DNA of 64,000 nucleotides from the human T2T-CHM13v2.0 reference genome, Homo sapiens (GCA_009914755.4 CP068257.2:34432001-34496000), one strand, 5' to 3'; positions 14,546 to 29,526 are shown, counted from the stretch's first letter. Notes: generated by a model from the sequence alone, not told the origin. Numbers and translations: made by a program.

Positions 14546-15383
14546 TTCCTCATGCGGCTGCAGTCCAAGAGGCCCTTTGCCAATTCCAACTGGAACATCC
14601 AACATCGGACACTAATCCAGCCAACTGGTAAGATCTGCCCTCCCCTGGCTTTCTCGCGGTACCCGGGAAAAGTCAGGTTGGCCGTCCGGTCCTCAGAGGA
14701 CCAGCAGAACTAAGCTAGAGGAAACCTTGGGGACGCCCAGTTTCTTCTCAACTTGACCATCCTCTTTAGTAAGAGGATTCTGGGTCTCTGTCTTTTGTCT
14801 GGGAATGCCTAGAACAAAAACAGACACCCTCTGCTTCTTCTCGCCAGTCCACATGGATGCCAAACAATCCCACATCCCTACACACACCACAAATAACATC
14901 TCCAACCGGAAAGATTCCAAACTCCTCCCCGACCAGAGACATGCTAGCCCCTAGATAAAGCCCCCTCCAGGCCAGGAAGATGCTGGCCCCAAGATAACCC
15001 CCCTCCAGGCCAGAAAGATGTCTGCCCCAAGATAACCTCCGCTCCTCCCAGAGAGATTCCAACCCTGCCATGACCTTCTCCACACACATAAATATTCCAA
15101 GCTTGTGATAAGCCCCCTTACCCTAAAACCAATACATACTCTTAGTCTGTAAGAGAAAGAGCTCCTGACCAAAATGGGCCAGGAGCGCCTCTCAGGTTTC
15201 ATCTAAAGTAGACCTGTCTCTAACTGCCAACGCATTTTTGCTTCTTTCCTCTTTCTCTAACTCTTACACACAAGCCATAACTACAGCTTTGATTAGACAA
15301 GAGACTGATTTCAACAACTTTCTCCTGATAAGAAGATCATGGACTATGGAATGGACTGGTTCTGGTTTACAGAGGCTGTGTAC

Positions 15384-15390
15384 TTGCGTG
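15384..15390 (+). promoter_or_regulatory. CBR1: Candidate distal XRE core (TTGCGTG) ~5.79 kb upstream of CBR1 ATG
   Basis: T-N-GCGTG consensus at tacTTGCGTGcc; distance from ATG (21175) matches the reported distal CBR1 XRE at about -5.78 kb, as I recall it. Confidence 0.4.
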
Positions 15391-15558
15391 CCTTGATGTC
15401 CTGAAAGACCTTTTGACAGATAGGGCCTAATGGTAATACATTTAAATGTCAAGTCACCATCCCAAAGTGAATATACATGAGTCGTATGTTACATGCATGT
15501 TTCTTCAATATGCATGTATCAGGACCACCTTCATGAATATTCACAGCTCCTCCTGTAA

Positions 15559-16015
<457 letters not shown>

Positions 16016-16305
16016 TCCTTTTCTAAATTTATACATTGTGAGTTGTTTTTGGTTTTTTCTTTTTTTTTTTTTTTAACACAGCTCAAGGCTGCATGGCTAG
16101 GATGACCCTATCACCCCTAGGATGACTCTAGCCCCTTCCTGAGAATGTTTAAGCTGCCAAAAAAAAGAAAAAATGTGTTTGTAATAACCAACTTCTGACA
16201 ATAGGCCCCTGACTGCCCTTTCTTAAAGCATTTACTAAAAACGGCTTAGAGCTGTGAATTCTCTCGGTCCCTTTGAGATGTATCTCCCACCCAGGAGTGT
16301 TTCTT

Positions 16306-16606
<301 letters not shown>

Positions 16607-17254
16607 AAAGAATGTCTTTCTCAAGGACCTGAAAGCCATTCCTCTGAAATGTAATCATCAGAAATGATACGGCCTCTGTCTTTCAGTCTTTATAGTGGGA
16701 GAATAGAATCCCAACTTTGCTAATTGCCAGCTAACAGACACAGCTGGCCTAACCAACATTTCCACTGAGCAACCCTTGGCAATTTGTCATTTCCCTAACT
16801 CCTCCCACTTCCTGATCCTTCACTCTCCCTTTAAAAGGCACAGTCATCTCTGTACAAATGAAAGTTTGTTTCCACTGGACCCTCTTTCCTATTACAGGAG
16901 TTCATTATTGACTAAAATCTGTCCTTACCACCTTAGTGTCTGGCTTTATCTTTCACAGAATTCAGTAAATTGCTTGAGTTAAATAACTACTAAGCACCTA
17001 AGCCACAGATTGATTCCAGGTCTCAAAGTCCATGGTCTACCGCTGTAGAAAGGCTTATTGAATATCCTAAACAAGCATAAAATGCAAGAGGAACACAGCC
17101 AGTGTCAAGCAGATCCGTGAGGGTAAATAATCAAAGGAACGACCTGGAGAACCTCACAGTTCATAATTTAACAATATTATTTTCCAACATCTTTTCTTTT
17201 AATATATACCATGGAACTGTGTTTTGGGCTTTTTTGTTTTTGTTTTTGTTTTTA

Positions 17255-17590
17255 GATTCGGGGGTACATGTGCAGGTTTGTTACATCAGTGTATTGCCTG
17301 ATGCTGAGGTTTGGGCATCTAATGCTCCCAAGTAGAAAACATAGTACCCAATAGTTCGTTTTTCAACCCTTACCCCCTCCCTCCCCCTTTTGGAATCCCC
17401 GGTGTTATTGTTACCATCTTTTGTGTCCCTGTGTACTCAAATGTTTAGCTCCCACTTATAAGGGAGAACATGCGTTATTTGGTTTTCTGTTTCTGCGTTT
17501 GCACAATAGCCTCCAGCTGCATCCATGTTGCTGCAAAGGAAATGATTCCATTCTTTTTTGTGGGAACTATGTTCTTTAGTTGCTTTAAAC
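17255..17590 (+). mobile_element. L1 (older L1P/L1M) ORF2 3'-region fragment
   Basis: ggggtacatgtgcaggtttgttacat...cccacttataagggagaacatgcgttatttggttttctgt...ctccagctgcatccatgttgctgcaaa is canonical L1 sequence. Confidence 0.8.
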
Positions 17591-17602
17591 TAGTGGGTAG
17601 TA

Positions 17603-17705
17603 GTGCTCGTTTGGGCAGCACATATACTAAAACCGGAATGATACAGACAAGATTTAGCATGGTGCCTGGGCAAGGATGACATGCAAATTCATGAAGCGTT
17701 CCATT
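17603..17705 (+). pseudogene. U6 snRNA retropseudogene (~90% identical to U6), 3'-polyadenylated (A10 at 17706-17715), TSD AGTGGGTAGTA at 17592-17602 and 17717-17727
   Basis: gtgctcgtttgggcagcacatatactaaaaccggaatgatacagacaagatttagcatggtgcctgggcaaggatgacatgcaaattcatgaagcgttccatt aligns to U6 with CpG-decay substitutions; polyA and perfect 11-bp direct repeats. Confidence 0.85.
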
Positions 17706-19553
17706 AAAAAAAAAACAGTGGGTAGTAAAGATATGAATTCATTCCACAGGTTAATTGATGTGATAAAATTCTTTATCTATATAGCATCCAATATAGTCTC
17801 AGACCTTTGATTCTCACAACTAAGGCATGTCTTCCAATTTAGCCAATAGCAGTAATAGCAGAGATCTGGAAACTCCATCTTTAAATTTCTGTTTTATTTC
17901 TTAAATTGTTCAGAATCCAGACAAGGTGCTACATATTGGAGGCTCTTCACACATACCACCAGAATCAAGACCCAGATGTAAGAGAGACAACAATACAAAA
18001 CCATCCAAGTAGAGCTTAATTCACAGGCTTTAAATTATGCTTTTCAAAAACAAATTTTCAAAAAGTTTCCCATAGTCAAACCCATCAGACATTTATGATT
18101 CTTCCCCTATTTTTATGCTTATAAAAGAAAGCATTTTCCCCTACTGAAAATAAAACTTTTACTTTTGTTTTCTTTTAGTTGTTTTATGGATTCATTTATA
18201 AATCACTGTTTCTCTCTCTTCGGAAATTATTTAGTGTATGTTGTAAGGGATCTTTTTTCTTTCCAATCATTATGCCCTTTCCCCAGTGCTAATTTTGGAA
18301 TAATTCTTTCCCTCACTAGTTGTTAAACCACCTTTATCATACAGTAAATTCTTGTTAATATATATTTTATATATTTTCCGGAGCATCCTGCCTAATGTAC
18401 CTGTCAATTCTTATGTTGGTTCCAGTCCTAAAAAAATAAATCAGACTCAAACTCATGATTCATAGTCCTCATAGGATTTGCCTTTTGAAACAGCAGGACC
18501 CTCACCCTGTCCAAAGTTCCCTGTACACCATGTGCTATTGCTGACTGGCCCTCTTAATAAATTTAATCCATCCACTCTAACACTAACTCACACCAGCTAC
18601 AGAAGACAGTAGCTAGTGCAGTGGAGAGAACCCAGCCAATGACAGACCCAACACGCACACACTGGGATAGGAAAGAAAATCCAAAACAGAGCTCTGAATT
18701 ATCCTGAGTGGAAAAAAAAAAACCAAAAACAAAATACTACAAACTGTATGACTCCATCTATGTAACATTTTTGAAACAACAAACTTGTAGAAATGGTGAA
18801 CAGATTAGTGGTTGCCATGAATTAGAGTTGGTTTGGGGAGTAACAGAGAGGTATGTTTGGTGATAAAAGTGCAACAGGAGGGCTCTTTGTGCTAATAGAA
18901 ACATTTTCATTTAACTATAGTGGTGGATACACAAACCAACATTTGATAAAATTATATAGGACTAAATACATACACAAAGTACACATCAAACTGGGGAAAT
19001 CTGAGTATGATTGGTGGACTGTTTTGTTGTCAATATCTTCACTGTGATGTTGTACTATACTTTTGCAATATGTTACTATTGAGTGAAACTGAGTAAAGGG
19101 TAAGGAATCTCTGTATTATTTCTTACAACTGCATGTGACTCTATAATTAGCTCGACAAAAATTTCAGTTGAAAAAAAGCAAGGGTCTTTCCTTGATTATT
19201 AACTTGTTTTAAAGCAACTGATTGGAAACCTACCTTGAAATTGCAATGTAATTGCAATCTATTTAAAGCAGTGGTGTTCAACAGACCTTTCTGCAAGGAT
19301 GGAAATATCCTAAATCTGTACTGCCCAATACAGTGACCACTAACACATGCACATATTGAGCACTGGAGATGTGGCTAGTGCAACTAAAAAACTGAATTAC
19401 AAATTTTGCTTAATTTGAATTTATGTTTAAATGGCCACCTGTGATAGTGGCAACCTATGGGACAGCACAGAAATGAAACTTGACCTTATTCCCAATTCCC
19501 TTGTAAGTAGGAAGGAGGAACACTCACTTTGAAACCATGCAATTGTCCCATAG

Positions 19554-19898
<345 letters not shown>

Positions 19899-19924
19899 TG
19901 GTCTCTTTTGAATAAACAAATTGA

Positions 19925-20600
19925 CCCTCCCAGTCTAAAAACTTGAGAAATTTACATTTGTCTTATCTGAGTTCCTTTCTCAGGGAACTAGCCATCAGTC
20001 CTCCCAGATAGCACCAAGGAACTGAAACTTATCGGATCACCACATCTGGAAAATCAGACACCAGACCCCTCACCTGCAACAATTGCCTGATGCCTGTTGA
20101 CCCACTCCTCTTCATCTCTCCCTAACTCCTGCTATTTTCCCACATGCAGTTACATTTCTTCCCTGCTATATCCTAATTTTAATCAGTTGAGAAGATGGAT
20201 TTGAGACTGATCTCTCCCCCCTAGGCTGTAGCACCCAAATAATGCCTTCTTCCCTGACAATAATGGGGTCTCAGTGACTGGCTTTCTGTGCTGTGAACCA
20301 CCAGACCTAGACCAAACTCCTGGCATTTCTCTAACAATTTCCCACCACTGAACTAAGTTATAAATTCTGAGGATGGATCCCTGTTTCTTCATTTTAAGAT
20401 GGGGATTAAAAGGTACATCCTAGAGTGTTATTGTCCGTGTAAAATAGGGCTGTGAAACCCCCTACACCTATGCACAGATAAACTGATGGCCCTGCAAATG
20501 CCCAGAGAAGTAACCTTATAAAGATTTAGTGAATGTTTCCCACCATTATTGGAAAATCTGGCTAAGTCAGTAGCTTTGTTTTCATATACTTAGGGGGAAA
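19925..20600 (+). mobile_element. Unclassified LTR-like dispersed repeat, copy A (homologous to 44720-45170)
   Basis: aaacttgagaaatttacatttgtcttatctgagttcctttctcag...gatttgagactgatctctcc shared at ~75-80% with copy B. Confidence 0.5.
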
Positions 20601-20849
20601 ATCAACAAAAACTTGATGCCCTGTTATTTCCTTCCAGTTTCTTCTGCAACTCTAGCTCCAAAGACTGCAGTTCCTGCAGTATTTTTTTTTTTAGAACACC
20701 AGGAAAAAAAGAAAAAAAAACCATGCAAATGTACTATTTCTTCAAACACAACTAGGAATGATTGAACAGCTGGGAGAATATGAAGAAAACCCCTCAGAGA
20801 ACCAAGGGCAAGCAGTGAGTTCAGATCTAGGCACATGGCCACTAGGAAT

Positions 20850-21174
20850 GGTTCTTCACTGCCACGTGGGCAGCCAACAGCCAGTAGCTAGAGACCAGCC
20901 TCGGTCTTCGGCCTGCGGGTTCTGCAAAGTCAGGCTAGCTGGCTCTCCGCCTGCTCCGCACCCCGGCGAGGTTCCGGTGGGGAGGGGTAGGGATGGTTCA
21001 GCCCCGCCCCGCTAGGGCGGGGCCTGCGCCTGCGCGCTCAGCGGCCGGGCGTGTAACCCACGGGTGCGCGCCCACGACCGCCAGACTCGAGCAGTCTCTG
21101 GAACACGCTGCGGGGCTCCCGGGCCTGAGCCAGGTCTGTTCTCCACGCAGGTGTTCCGCGCGCCCCGTTCAGCC
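20850..21174 (+). promoter_or_regulatory. CBR1: CBR1 CpG-island promoter and 5' UTR region with Sp1-type GC boxes (CCCCGCCCC / GGGCGGGGCC at ~21003-21030)
   Basis: High CpG density, GC boxes immediately upstream of the first coding exon; TATA-less housekeeping-type promoter. Confidence 0.7.
21047..21051 (+). promoter_or_regulatory. CBR1: Candidate proximal xenobiotic response element core (GCGTG) ~125 bp upstream of CBR1 ATG
   Basis: GCGTG core in ggcGCGTGtaac; position agrees with my recollection of a published AhR-responsive XRE near -122 in the CBR1 promoter. Confidence 0.45.
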
Positions 21175-21463
21175 ATGTCGTCCGGCATCCATGTAGCGCT
21201 GGTGACTGGAGGCAACAAGGGCATCGGCTTGGCCATCGTGCGCGACCTGTGCCGGCTGTTCTCGGGGGACGTGGTGCTCACGGCGCGGGACGTGACGCGG
21301 GGCCAGGCGGCCGTACAGCAGCTGCAGGCGGAGGGCCTGAGCCCGCGCTTCCACCAGCTGGACATCGACGATCTGCAGAGCATCCGCGCCCTGCGCGACT
21401 TCCTGCGCAAGGAGTACGGGGGCCTGGACGTGCTGGTCAACAACGCGGGCATCGCCTTCAAGG
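21175..21463 (+). CDS. CBR1: Carbonyl reductase [NADPH] 1, coding exon 1 (codons 1-96 + 1 nt; MSSGIHVALVTGGNKGIGL...NNAGIAFK); donor GT at 21464
   Basis: ATG at 21175 opens frame encoding the SDR Rossmann motif TGGNKGIG; translation matches human CBR1 N-terminus as I recall it; GTATGG donor follows; embedded in CpG island. Confidence 0.95.
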
Positions 21464-22008
21464 GTATGGGGAGGGGACGTGGCCTCCCCGAAGAAGAACC
21501 GATGCACTGGGGCTCCTGGCGTCTGCGGGGTCCATAACGCCTCCCTAGGGAGGAGAGGGAGGAGCTAGGAGATGCAGGGAGTGCAGAAACCTTGGAGAAA
21601 GTGAGAGTTTTCCAGCCAAAGGGAACTTTGTGTTTCCCTGGCTGGGACTCTTGGGGATCTTTTTCAGGTTTTCTGCAGTTTTTCTGAATTGAGCTTTAAG
21701 GCAACTGGATGGATTTTGAACTGATTTTAAAATAAACGACAAATTGCAAAAAGAAAAAATGGTTATGCCAAGATCCAGTGTGTGCACCCTTCATCCTCCT
21801 TCCCCCAATGGTGCCATCTTACAAAAATACTAGAACATGATCAAACCAGGAGATTGACATTGGCACAATACTGTAACCAGATACAGACTTACTTTAGGCA
21901 GAGGGCACTAAGTTTTTGTTTTTTTTTTTTTTTTTTTTTAGTATCATTGTATAGAATTTTACCCCATGGGTACAATGTATTAACTATGTTCTCTTTCTCT
22001 CCTAAAAG

Positions 22009-22116
22009 TTGCTGATCCCACACCCTTTCATATTCAAGCTGAAGTGACGATGAAAACAAATTTCTTTGGTACCCGAGATGTGTGCACAGAATTACTCCCT
22101 CTAATAAAACCCCAAG
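22009..22116 (+). CDS. CBR1: CBR1 coding exon 2 (VADPTPFHIQAEVTMKTNFFGTRDVCTELLPLIKPQ), acceptor AG 22007-22008, donor GTGAGT at 22117
   Basis: Phase-consistent with exon 1 (G + TT = Val); pyrimidine-rich tract then AG before; canonical GTGAGT after. Confidence 0.93.
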
Positions 22117-23504
22117 GTGAGTCTGATGGGAAACAGCGCACCTTCTCTTTGGGGCTTGATTTGGCCCCTGCTTGCCTGGGATTTCTCCTGCAGGCTCCTG
22201 CTTCCTCTCCATGCTGCACGTGCACTGACCTCTGTGCTTTTTCTCCTGCCAGCTGATATGTGCCATTTTGCCTCAGGACTTTGTCCTCACTTCTCCCACT
22301 CCCATGGCCATTCGTCCTCCCTGTCGCACTGGTCTTTGCACACCTGGCTGACTCTCATCCTTCAGGTCTTAGCTCAAACGTCTCCTGAGAGATGCTCTTT
22401 ATTTGCTCCATTCCCCTCCGCGTGGGAGTCCATCCTGTACCCTTTCTCTGCTCTTTCAGAGAGATCTTATTCAGGCTGGTGGAGGCTTTACTACCACCAG
22501 TTCATTAGGCCCTTCTAATACCTGTCACCTGTCTGAAACACTCCTTAAGCTCCCAACCACATGGTTGTCTTGCTGCCTTTCCATCTCTTCCTGATGCCTT
22601 TCCCCACAATCTAAGATATTTCCAGAGGATCCCTATCCTTTTCCCTAAGTCGTTTGGGACACAGACCCCACCACCCACCCACCAGGATCCTGCAGGTCAC
22701 CATGCCCCACCCCTCATAATCATTTACTAGGTCCTAGGAGTTGTGCCCACTGAGTTCCTCCTGAATCCGTCTCATTGCAGCTCTACAGCAGGCCCTCACC
22801 TGTCCCTCTGGACAATTGCAAACCCTCACAAGGCACCTCTGGTCTTGAGTCTTTTCCTCTTTTCCTTTCCCAGCATCCTGCGTACTGTCTGCATGGTCAT
22901 GCCTCTCCCAAAATCCTTCAGGAGGAAAGTCCAAGCCCTTAGCATGGTTCACAGAGATGTCCATAATCTGCCGCTGCTTAACTCTGGGCCCATTTTAACT
23001 CCCCTTCAACGTGCTGAAGGTGCTGGACATGACTATCACATGTCTTTGGTTGTAAACTGCTGTGATAGTTACCCTAAGTAATGGGACAGGAGATGAACCC
23101 ACCCATTAAATAACACAGCAATTAAGCAGCCACTTTTAGAAAAATTTAAATGTGTGGCTTCGAGTTGGGTACTTGCATGTACAGCTTACTCTCAGCTTTT
23201 ATCCTGTTTCCCTGTCCTGTCGTCCTGTTAAGTTGTGCTACTTCTAAGGCTCTGGTTCACCAGGACCTCAAAGGGCAGCTCTTCCAAATCTCACCTGACT
23301 CTACTCAGCCAAAATTCGAAGGCAGGAATGAACTTCTTCATGCAACTACCACCACACTTTCTATGCGTATTCCTCTTAGAACTCATACCAGTAACTGTCT
23401 CTCATATGAAAATTTTCTGCTCCAAAATCCCTGCAAATTTGGCATTCACCTCTCTACGGGATTGTTGCACACCTTTCTACATAATGCTTTGTGGTGTATC
23501 TTAG

Positions 23505-23941
23505 GGAGAGTGGTGAACGTATCTAGCATCATGAGCGTCAGAGCCCTTAAAAGCTGCAGCCCAGAGCTGCAGCAGAAGTTCCGCAGTGAGACCATCACTG
23601 AGGAGGAGCTGGTGGGGCTCATGAACAAGTTTGTGGAGGATACAAAGAAGGGAGTGCACCAGAAGGAGGGCTGGCCCAGCAGCGCATACGGGGTGACGAA
23701 GATTGGCGTCACCGTTCTGTCCAGGATCCACGCCAGGAAACTGAGTGAGCAGAGGAAAGGGGACAAGATCCTCCTGAATGCCTGCTGCCCAGGGTGGGTG
23801 AGAACTGACATGGCGGGACCCAAGGCCACCAAGAGCCCAGAAGAAGGTGCAGAGACCCCTGTGTACTTGGCCCTTTTGCCCCCAGATGCTGAGGGTCCCC
23901 ATGGACAATTTGTTTCAGAGAAGAGAGTTGAACAGTGGTGA
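23505..23941 (+). CDS. CBR1: CBR1 coding exon 3 (GRVVNVSSIMS...GQFVSEKRVEQW, stop TGA 23939-23941)
   Basis: Acceptor TTAG at 23501-23504; joined exons give 277 codons identical to CBR1; contains SDR catalytic YGVTK motif region. Confidence 0.93.
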
Positions 23942-24201
23942 GCTGGGCTCACAGCTCCATCCATGGGCCCCATTTTGTACCTTGTCCTGAGTTGGTCCAA
24001 AGGGCATTTACAATGTCATAAATATCCTTATATAAGAAAAAAAATGATCTCTTATCAATTAGCACTCACTAATGTACTACTAATTGAGCAACCTACGCAC
24101 TCAGTTGACTACGTAAATCTGTCAGGTCTTTTGTGATTTCCTCTGATGCAGGAGAGGAAAAATTGTAATTGATGAAAATAATGAATGAAAATCAACAGAT
24201 G

Positions 24202-24207
24202 AATAAA
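24202..24207 (+). terminator. CBR1: CBR1 polyadenylation signal AATAAA (~265 nt 3' UTR)
   Basis: First canonical AATAAA after the stop codon, followed by GT-rich downstream element. Confidence 0.65.
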
Positions 24208-24934
24208 TGGTTCTTTATAAGTGTCCATTTGTACAGATTGTTTAGATGCTAAATAAGCTTTGTCTCAAGTACAATCAACCTAAAAGGTCAAGGGAAGGGA
24301 CAGTACAACTTGGGGGTGAGCAAACCCAGAAAGTAAAGAAAGAGCCAGTTAGTCAATATTTTCAATGTTGTAGGTCAAACAATGCATTGGAACTCCCCAA
24401 ATCCACATTATGTAACAAAAGCTGACAGCATGTAAGCCTGTGAGCATAGCTGGCTCTGGCCCTTCCCAGCCTCTAGGAAAACAAATAGTACCACAACGGC
24501 AAAGGCAGCTGACCTGGTCTCTTTAAAAAAGCCAAAGTCATTGGGGAAAAACAACCAGTTGCTATGTGTGAAACGTGAGTGTGCACTTGTGTGAAACACC
24601 GAGCTGATGAGGGACCTATCAGATCTCCATAGGAATGTGTTATTTATGTAGGGATGAAGTGTCATGAGGTGTACAACATATGCCCCAGGTGTACAACATG
24701 TGTTTCAGCAAAGTATACAAAGACTGATGAACAGGTAAGGCAAAAAAAAAACAACTTTTCTGTTTGTTGAAAGCTTTCAAAACCTGGGGGTTGGCAGTGG
24801 AAACTTCTGGCTCTGCCCACTGAATTCCTGACCTCAGGCAGAATACTGTATCTGGCTTTGTCTCTGTTTCCTCAACTGTCAAATTGGGATGACAGTCATA
24901 GGATTATATGTATTGAGATAAAGTGTTGAGAACA

Positions 24935-25102
24935 AATTAGCTGGGTGTGATGGTGGGCGCCTGTAATCCCAGCTACTCAGGAGGCTGAGGCAGGAGAATC
25001 GCTTGAACCCAGGGGGTGGAGGTTGCAGTGAGCCAAGATTGCACTACTGCACTCCAGCCTGGGCGACAGAGTGAGACTTCATCTCAAAAAAAAAAAAAAA
25101 AA
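24935..25102 (+). mobile_element. 5'-truncated Alu (right arm), TSD AGTGTTGAGAACA
   Basis: ttagctgggtgtgatggtgggcgcctgtaatcccagctactcagg...polyA. Confidence 0.9.
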
Positions 25103-25319
25103 TAGTGTTGAGAACAGCCCCTGCTGTCATTAGTTCCTGTAAATGGGCCTGACGCTGTCCCTGCTGGTAATGAGAAGTGTGTGTTTACTGTCTAACACCC
25201 AGTAAATGCCCAGGCCATTCTGTTTCTTCCACAGAATCACAGTGTTGTGATCTCTCACACTTCACCAGTGAGAATTAAGGCTTACAGAAACAAAAAGCGA
25301 TCACCCGTGAAAAGAAGGA

Positions 25320-25433
25320 GAGGCCCCTTATTTTATTTTTATCTATTTATTTTTTAATTCTCCAAACTGCTTCGGAAGAGTCCCTTATTTTATTTATTTA
25401 TTTATTTATTTGTTTGTTTGTTTGTTTGTTTAT
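25320..25433. repeat. (TTTA)n/(TTTG)n simple repeat
   Basis: ttattttatttttatctatttattttt...tttatttatttatttatttgtttgtttgtttgtttg. Confidence 0.9.
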
Positions 25434-25685
25434 TGAGACAGAGTCTCAATCTTGGTTCAGTGCAACCTCTGCCTCCTGGGTTCAAGTGATTCTCCTGCCT
25501 CAGCCTCCTGAGTAGCTGGGATTACAGGCGCCCGCCACCATGCATGGCTAACTTTTGTATTTTTAGTAGAGACAGGGTTTCGCCATGTTGGCCAAGCTGA
25601 TCTCGAACTTCTGGCCTCAAGTGATCCACCCGCCTCGGCCTCCCAAAGTACTGGGATTACAGACATGAGCCACTGCACCCAGCCT
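25386..25685 (-). mobile_element. Alu SINE, full length
   Basis: T-rich...GAGACAGAGTCTCAATCTTGG...CACTGCACCCAGCC. Confidence 0.95.
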
Positions 25686-26889
25686 AGTCCCTTAGGTTAA
25701 AAGTGAGGTTTACTTTGACAAGTTTCACCTTTCAGTAGGGCTGTTCATTTCTTCCTAGTTTTTGTACACAGACACCAGAAAACAATCACGTCTGCAGCAA
25801 AACTGGTATTCTCAAGTGCTAGTTTAGAAATTTGTACCTGTATTGCAAAGATATTTTTCCCTTAATACCTTAAAAATAACACCTAACTTCTTTAAGAGAT
25901 TTAGAGAAAGCATTGTTCCAAATTCAAGTACCTGCTTACCTCTGAGGGTGAGGGGAGGAGGACATACGTGGTTCCGTCTTTATTGCTAAGGATTTCTTTC
26001 TTATACCAGGTGATAGGTACATGGTGCTAAAATACAATTTTCAGAAAAAGGTAAAATCATGACTGTCATACAGATGTAAAAATAATAGTCAAAAAAATGT
26101 ATTTTACTCATAAGGGAACCAGGGAAATGTTATAACTGGTTCAAAGGAAAAGCTAAAAGGAAAAGCTAACAGATTATATGGAATCAACAAATGTTGAGCT
26201 GAATTGCAAATGACGACAAAACTGGTGTTTTTACAGGGAGGAGGACGTCAATTCAGTCACCACTAGACAGGACAGCACTTGCACCTCTGTTACCTACAAT
26301 TAAGAAAGAGATGCAAAATATCTCAAAGAATGAACAGGGCCATAGTTCAATGCTACGAGTCTTGCCTTGCAAGCACCCTTCACTCTGTTGTGTGAGTCTG
26401 GCAAAACACCCATCCCCATGCTTAATAACCATGCCAGCCTGCTCTAGCAGCTCTTAACAGATGATGTTGCTAGGGAGAAAGGAAACAAGAGGCTGACTGT
26501 ACTCTTTTATGTTCCCACCCCAATCCCAAACAGACAAGCAATTCTCCTAGCCAGTGTTGTCTTTTCCCCTAGTAAATTCACTCTCCTACTCTGTAAGATG
26601 ATTATTCTTTCCGCATATCTCCCAGACTGATCGTGCTGGAGGATGTCCTCAAATCTGTTCCCTAAAAAAGAAATAGATGCCCCTGAGGAGAGTCGTTCAA
26701 CATACCTGCAACCAGACAGCACACCCTGCCCCCCTTTCCGTTACAAGAAGAGGCACACTGCTTCCCAGGCAGCACCCCCACCAGAGTCCTGGTTCGTCCA
26801 TTATTGCCCTCCCAAACATTTTGTTCTTGTAATTATTCCCTTTCTTTCCTTCACCAAATTCACCTCTCAGATTACCATTGCATAAAAAC

Positions 26890-28060
<1,171 letters not shown>

Positions 28061-29526
28061 GGTGGCAGGGCACAGGCAGTTCAGCCAGATCTGCTTGAGT
28101 AAAGCAGAGTCATGATGAGATGGTGGCTCTCTGCTAATCTCAGAGTCGCTAATCAAACACACTCAGATCAAACACGTGGGTTACAGTGAAGAAGACGAAT
28201 GAAGGAATCCAATTGCCCGTCTATACCTTGACACACCTTTGACAATTCCTTTGTTTTGTGGGTACACATTTCATGGGGAGATGCCATATATTTTACATAT
28301 TAACTGTGACTTTGGATAAAACAAAAATGCAGACACTTTTAGCAAACGGGTTATGTAACAATTAGATAAAACATTCTAATAAATGGCTTACGGCATAGTA
28401 GGAGCTTCATAAACATTCTCTCTCATTTGAGGGCATACTAGGAACCACACAGAGATTGCCTGCCCATGCCTGGAAGTCTAATTACAGGACATCTTTTTTC
28501 TCTAATTCTTAAGTTTCAGTTTCTCTTAAGAAAGGGGATGTATGTCCTGAGAAGCACTTAGTGTGTAAATAATTTCATTGCATCTTAAGATAAAGCAAAC
28601 ATCTGCATTTTGCAGTGGGTGATGGGTGCACATCCAAGAAAATTACTTGGCACATGTTTTCCTCCCTTTGGGATTCTCCCAAAATAGTTTTAATTCAACT
28701 GTCACCTGTCTCAGGCCCCCTACTGACCCATCACCATCCAGTTTTGCTTTCAGAGAGCCCGACCTCTTAGCCCTGCAAACCATTGCTTGGCTCTGTTAGG
28801 ATCAAAAGAGGGATGTGTCTTGGCATGACCCAATACACAGCTCATGGAAAGGGTAGACCCAGGAGTGGGGGCATTAGGAAACTTTCTGGAACATTCAGCC
28901 CCTCGAGTTGCAGCACTGGAATGCAGAACTTAGCTCTGCTGTACAGCCCAGAGCAACCATGCCGGCCTGCAGCCATAAGGCACCTTCAGGCTGCAACAAT
29001 TCCGAGAATTGACGTCTCTGTACACGCAGGTCCCAATACCACTTATAATGTGTACGAGGTGTTAGTCTCAGATAAACAGGACTGGGCACTTTGGCTGCAA
29101 ACAAAGCAGCATCTGGTGGGACACACGGAGGCACAAGGAGGTACAAGAGGAGTTGTTCATGACACGGGGTCAGAATCCATGCCTTCCATTAGCTGGGCTA
29201 CTTACTCGGATCTCCATAATCCCAATATAGGTGAGAAGGTGTCTATACCCTGTGAAGTATAATTTTGGCAGAACAAGGTACATTTCTTAGGATATGGACT
29301 ATCCCAGGAAGTCCATCCCTCACAAGGATTTACCATTCGGAACTGCCCAGTCCTGACACTAAAAGACAACACAGGAGATTTAGGGTCACACTAGCTATTG
29401 CAGAAAGTCAGTCCCTAACTTTTCTGTAATCACCACAATTCTATAACTTTCAGTCATCTATGCCAGAATTCCCATTTTTGGGAACAGTAATAGATTGAAG
29501 GCTGGCTGCCAAGAAGATATGTCCAT

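Noticed and set aside
21012-21548. Overlapping ORFs on both strands across CBR1 exon 1 (21012-21461 minus, 21169-21507 minus, 21249-21548 plus, 21064 upstream extension)
   Set aside because: GC-rich CpG-island sequence yields long spurious frames; only the + frame from ATG 21175 to the GT donor at 21464 matches CBR1
23446-24000. 184-aa and 135-aa minus-strand ORFs antisense to CBR1 exon 3
   Set aside because: Antisense shadow ORFs of a genuine exon; no splice context or homology
28783-29262. 159-aa + ORF
   Set aside because: No homology recognised, no splice/promoter context, overlapped by an antisense ORF; likely random in unique intergenic DNA
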